A stretch of DNA of 63,623 nucleotides, the filler included, from Licmophora abbreviata (taxonomy: Eukaryota), in assembly GCA_900291995.1 (NCBI GenBank). It is 13 parts of 13 records of this genome, joined end to end, with 100 filler letters (N's around TTAATTAATTAA, not from the genome) between each part and the next. Parts side by side here need not be neighbours in the genome. Positions count along the whole stretch, not along the records: positions 58,978 to 60,918 come from OLMU01000128.1; positions 61,019 to 62,174 come from OLMU01000134.1; positions 62,275 to 63,623 come from OLMU01000136.1; 10 more parts are not named here. One strand, written 5' to 3'. The notes under the pieces are model-generated. The model saw nothing but the letters and a program-made list of their open reading frames with translations, made no database searches and was not told where the DNA came from. The position numbers and the translations under genes are program-made. Positions 59,677-63,623 of the stretch are shown piece by piece (positions within the stretch are counted from its first letter, which is position 1; each line of letters starts with the position of its first letter).

Positions 59677-60918
59677 ATGACCGATCGGCCCAGCGACACT
59701 CAACAGGTGACATGCGAGTCGTCAGTAGCACGAGCAGCGGCCAGGGGAACACTATGGTCGATTGGGTTGAAGTTATTTTCGTTTCTACTCACCAACTGGA
59801 CCTTGCGTTTGGTGGATCCGGTCGCGTACGGCACATCGTCCGTCCCTTTGGAACTTATGCTCACCACGACGTTATTTCTGAGTAGAGAAGGCTTTCGTCT
59901 GGTACTTTCGAAGCAGACGGCACCATGGAATAGCACCGCGTGGTGGTCGATTGTCGCCAACGTCACCGTGACAGCGCTGTCATTGACCGTTCACTTGCTC
60001 ACTTTGTCATCCACCGAGTGGCCGGAGTACCGACGAGCCGGGGTCTTATATTGCCTAGCCGCACTCTTTGAGGGATGCTCGGAGCCTTGTATACTATGGT
60101 GTTTGCGAAATCTTAACGTGGCAACGAAGGCCAAGGCCGAGGGCATTGCTACACTCGTCAAGACTGTGACGTTGGTGGTGGCCCTGTCTTTCGTGGAACC
60201 CTTACTCGCGTTTGGCTTGTCGCAAATTGTCTATTCGTTGACTCTATCTAGCTACATGTATGCTTCAACTTTCGCCCGTCTGCCAAAATGGAGACCACGT
60301 GATGTGGATTGGCAAACTTGCAAACTCATTGGGATATTCACTTTACAGGGCGTCTTCAAACACGCGCTAACCGAGGGCGACCGGATCATCTTGACTACCA
60401 TCAGCGATGGATACCATCAAGGCGTGTATGCAATGGGGAGTGCCTACGGTGGAATGGCTGCGCGGCTACTTCTACAACCGCTCGAAGAGAATGGACGTTT
60501 GTTGTGGAGTCGACAGGCGACCGAGGTGTCCTACGTGACGCTGGTCAAGCTCGTGCTCTATGTGGGGTTTCTCTTTGCGACTGTTGCAGTGAACTACACA
60601 TCAATTTTGCTTCGGCTTGTGGGCGGATCCAAGTGGAGTGACAATGAAGAGGCAAGTCAGGTACTCTCAGCATTCTGTGTCTACACTGCATTCCTGGCGT
60701 TCAACGGCATGACGGAAGCGTTCGTCTACGCAGTGGCGAAGACGGGATCGGAAGTTGCGAAGCTCAGCGTCGCGCATACGACAGTCGGCGTTCTCTTTGC
60801 GGTCATAGCACCATTCATGGTATCCGAATACGGCACCGTTGGTCTGGTAGGAGCGAACTGCCTGACAATGTCTCTACGATCGATGTATTCCGTGTTTGTG
60901 GCTGCTAGGTACTTTGAA
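59677..60918 (+). CDS. RFT1: RFT1 (Man5GlcNAc2-PP-Dol translocation protein), 3' end runs into spacer
   Basis: LFLSREGFR, SEP, KHALTEGDR, QGVYAMGSAYGGMAARLLLQPLEE, AFNGMTEAF, GLVGANC. Confidence 0.92.
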
Positions 60919-61061
60919 NNNNNNNNNNNNNNNNNNNNNNNNNNNNNNNNNNNNNNNNNNNNTTAATTAATTAANNNNNNNNNNNNNNNNNNNNNNNNNN
61001 NNNNNNNNNNNNNNNNNNCTTGTTTCCCGTCGTGTATCTGATCTATGCCGCTGCTGCCTCG

Positions 61062-61930
61062 TCAGGTATGGTGGGCTGACGGGACTCTCCAAAAGGATGG
61101 TTGCCCAAAGACACGGCGAACAGCAGTTCGTAGCGTGGAGGCGCGGATACAAGACAAGGTGCGTACTCCCCGTGACGTTTTTGTCTCGCTCACAAGTTTC
61201 GTACACGCGTTTCTCACGTTACCTGCTCTCATTCGATTTGCGTAGACCTCCACCAGTGTCGTCGTTCTCGGTTCACTATCCTGGAAACGATCTACGATAC
61301 AAAAAGTATCTTAGCGATGTGCGTTACTCCCTCCGAGAAAGCGTCATCCGTACCATTGAGTCAGGTAAGGTCTCGGTCGAAAAGAAATTTCCCAAAAGTG
61401 AGAGCCTGAAAGATTGCATGGACCGAACGATTCCCTATTACACCGAACAGATCGTCCCCGAAGCTGTCTCGCAAGGCAAAAGGGTCTTAATATCGAGCAG
61501 CGAGAACGCTATCAGAGGCTTGCTTATGCATCTGTGCGAGATTCCTCCCGACAAGGTACGTCATGAAAGACTGAGAGTTTTGGTTTCGCGCCTGATCTAG
61601 ACACTGACGAGCAGTGTTCTGCTTTGTGTTTTATAAAAATAGATTACAGACCTTGAGATTCCGAATGGCCTCCCGATAATCTTTGATCTCAAATCCAAGT
61701 GTGTCAAGCTTTTAGACGATGGGTCAGGCGTCGATCCTTTGGAGAAGTACAACTTCGGTGAGGCGGCCAGATACTTGTTCCGACCATGCCTGAACGAAGA
61801 CGGGAGTCCCGATGAAGAGTGCGATATTCAGTTCATGGGAGACTCTTTCGATGCTAGCAAGATTTCCGTTGAAGATCAAGAAGCTTTGGATGCTATTACT
61901 CGGCGAACCCAGGAGACTGTATCCGCATGA
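61062..61930 (+). CDS. Cofactor-dependent phosphoglycerate mutase-like protein, C-terminal part (5' lost in gap), introns
   Basis: YGGLTGLSK...HGEQQFVAWRRGY, PPP, ESLKDCMDRTIPYY, GKRVLISSSENAIRGL, LEIPNGLP. Confidence 0.85.
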
Positions 61931-62274
61931 TACTGTAGCTCGCCCGAAAACGATAATTAGTTTTGGGGGTTGTTGGGCTATGTTCCGAGTGTTCCGACGC
62001 AAAGTAGGAGTTCGCCATGCGCGAACACAGCGCGACAACTTTGTGTGTCGTCGCGACCGCACAACCATGACATATTGTGCGGCGCCGATGCTGTGCTCTG
62101 TTCTTATACCCTCGTCCTATGTTAGTATTGTGAACTCCATTGCTCCTCGTATCGTTTGTCCAAAACATCCATCCNNNNNNNNNNNNNNNNNNNNNNNNNN
62201 NNNNNNNNNNNNNNNNNNTTAATTAATTAANNNNNNNNNNNNNNNNNNNNNNNNNNNNNNNNNNNNNNNNNNNN

Positions 62275-63369
62275 TTCGGACTTGACCTCGTCGTCGTCGT
62301 CGACGTCGCCGTCGCTATCGTTGGTCAGGTCAATGCAGTTGTTGGTAGCAGCGTGGGAACTCTTCTCCGCGTCTCGCTCCATCGCAGCAGGCTTCTTGTC
62401 GCCCTCTTTGTCCCCTTTCGCATCAGGCTTATCCTCGGCTTCGTCATGATCGTCACCCGTAACACTATCGTGCTCCTCATCAGACGACAGCTCAATGATA
62501 TCGTCTGGCGTACAAGGTTGGCACCACTGATCGTCCTTCAGTCGCCGCATTTCCGCCGCCATACCGGCAGCTTGTCCGGGCCCCAGCAAGCTCCGAAAGT
62601 GTGAGTCACCTCCTAGTTTCTGCGGCCCTTGTGGCATAAATCTGGAACGTTCTTGTCGTGACTGTGCCGCTAACGCGGCTGCATTCTTTGGGTTCCTTCC
62701 AGAAATCGCAGACGGGCCTCCGCCTAGTGTGTACGCCTGATTGCTATTCATTGGAAAGCCGTGGTCATCTGCCACAATACCGCGCGCCATGAATGTTGCA
62801 TGCTGCTCCAGTATTTCATCCATGAGTTTGTAAAAGGCGGCATTGTGCGGACCGTGCTCGCAGTGAGCTAGTTCGTGTGCCATGGTACCTGCCACTTCCT
62901 CGTAGGACAGCAGCTGCGAGTGACGACGAGCATCGCGTAGACGAAGATGAATGTCGTGTGTGCCATTGGAGTGCGTACGATTATAACCGAGAACATTCAG
63001 TCCCATTTTACGTAACTTTCTCCGTCGACGCTTTCGTTTCTTCTTTGGGCGCCGTGCTGCTACCGATGCCGCTGTATCATCACTGTGCTGGTTTGGACTG
63101 ACATTTTCGTCCGCGTTCCCGCTGTCGTAGTCCAACCCGTCCCCACAGCAGCACATCTCTGATAATGTCAGTACACGATACGCCCGTCGTTCCATGATGG
63201 GATAGAATTCTCGGTGAATTTGTCGTAGCATTCGCTTGCAGGCATCGGCGTCGGACAGGTCGGGCATGTGGTGCACTGTCATGGGAGGAATCTTCCCAGA
63301 AGAGGCAGCTGTTCCTCCTTCCATCAATTCCAAATCCCGGAGTGTTCGAAACCGACCCGCCATGGTCAA
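62275..63369 (-). CDS. WSS1: WLM-domain zinc metalloprotease (Wss1-like), 3' end runs into spacer
   Basis: PIMERRAYRVLTLSEM, VLGYN, IHLRLR, TMAHELAHCEHGPHNAAFYKLMDE, LGG repeats, SIM-like IIELSSDEE and CIDLT. Confidence 0.88.
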
Positions 63370-63623
63370 TCAGATAGAGGGCACAAAGGGATCCTCAAGC
63401 CGGACGTCGCTCCGCCATGGTCGACTGATGACATTGTGGGTGCACTTTTCTCGGCGACAGTGCGACTGACTCGACTCTTTGTCTTCAGTCTTGTCGTCGC
63501 GCGATTAGCTTCGCGCGATCACCACGCGCCGGCCAGCTTGAAGCTCAATGACCGTGCGCGCGCGAGACGGCGACGCGATGATGACAATGGCATGACCCAG
63601 CTGCGTTTCGTAGTCACATTTGT

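Noticed and set aside
16327..60918. DPM3 and RFT1 (plus GT2) as a glycosylation gene cluster
   Set aside because: Over 40 kb apart, separated by unrelated genes and unverified contig joins

Overview
Gene-dense eukaryotic nuclear DNA, almost certainly from a diatom. Evidence: short GT-AG introns of about 65-115 nt, bipartite signal-peptide + 'ASAF-like' plastid-targeting presequences, a diatom-type cyclin and an RXL-motif secreted protein. The window is a draft scaffold of 13 contigs joined by 12 artificial 100-nt spacers (N44-TTAATTAATTAA-N44). At six spacers the flanks overlap, so those gaps are false. Several genes carry single-base frameshifts in homopolymers, typical of pyrosequencing-type error. 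About 35 protein-coding genes are supportable, mostly housekeeping: CIA1, uS5m, cyclins, nocturnin-like, DPM3, GH16, PAF-AH, SET, SNF2, TrpC-like, RINT1, MYBBP1A/Pol5, SNAP-25-like, SWEET, syntaxin 18, SGF29, SF1 helicase, PPR, signal peptidase I, RFT1, dPGM, WLM protease. I found no RNA genes, CRISPR arrays or transposons, and no clear-cut novel multi-gene system. Best leads: an RXL/Cys-repeat/PT-stalk surface protein near a membrane-anchored SET methyltransferase (possible frustule link); an intron-containing bacterial-like HEXXH peptidase; a divergent TrpC-like gene with an in-frame TGA; a decayed hemerythrin (BRUTUS-like) pseudogene; a RINT1/SNAP-25-like/STX18 neighbourhood; and a run of putative plastid-targeted processing genes. 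All family calls are from motif recognition by eye, not database searches.
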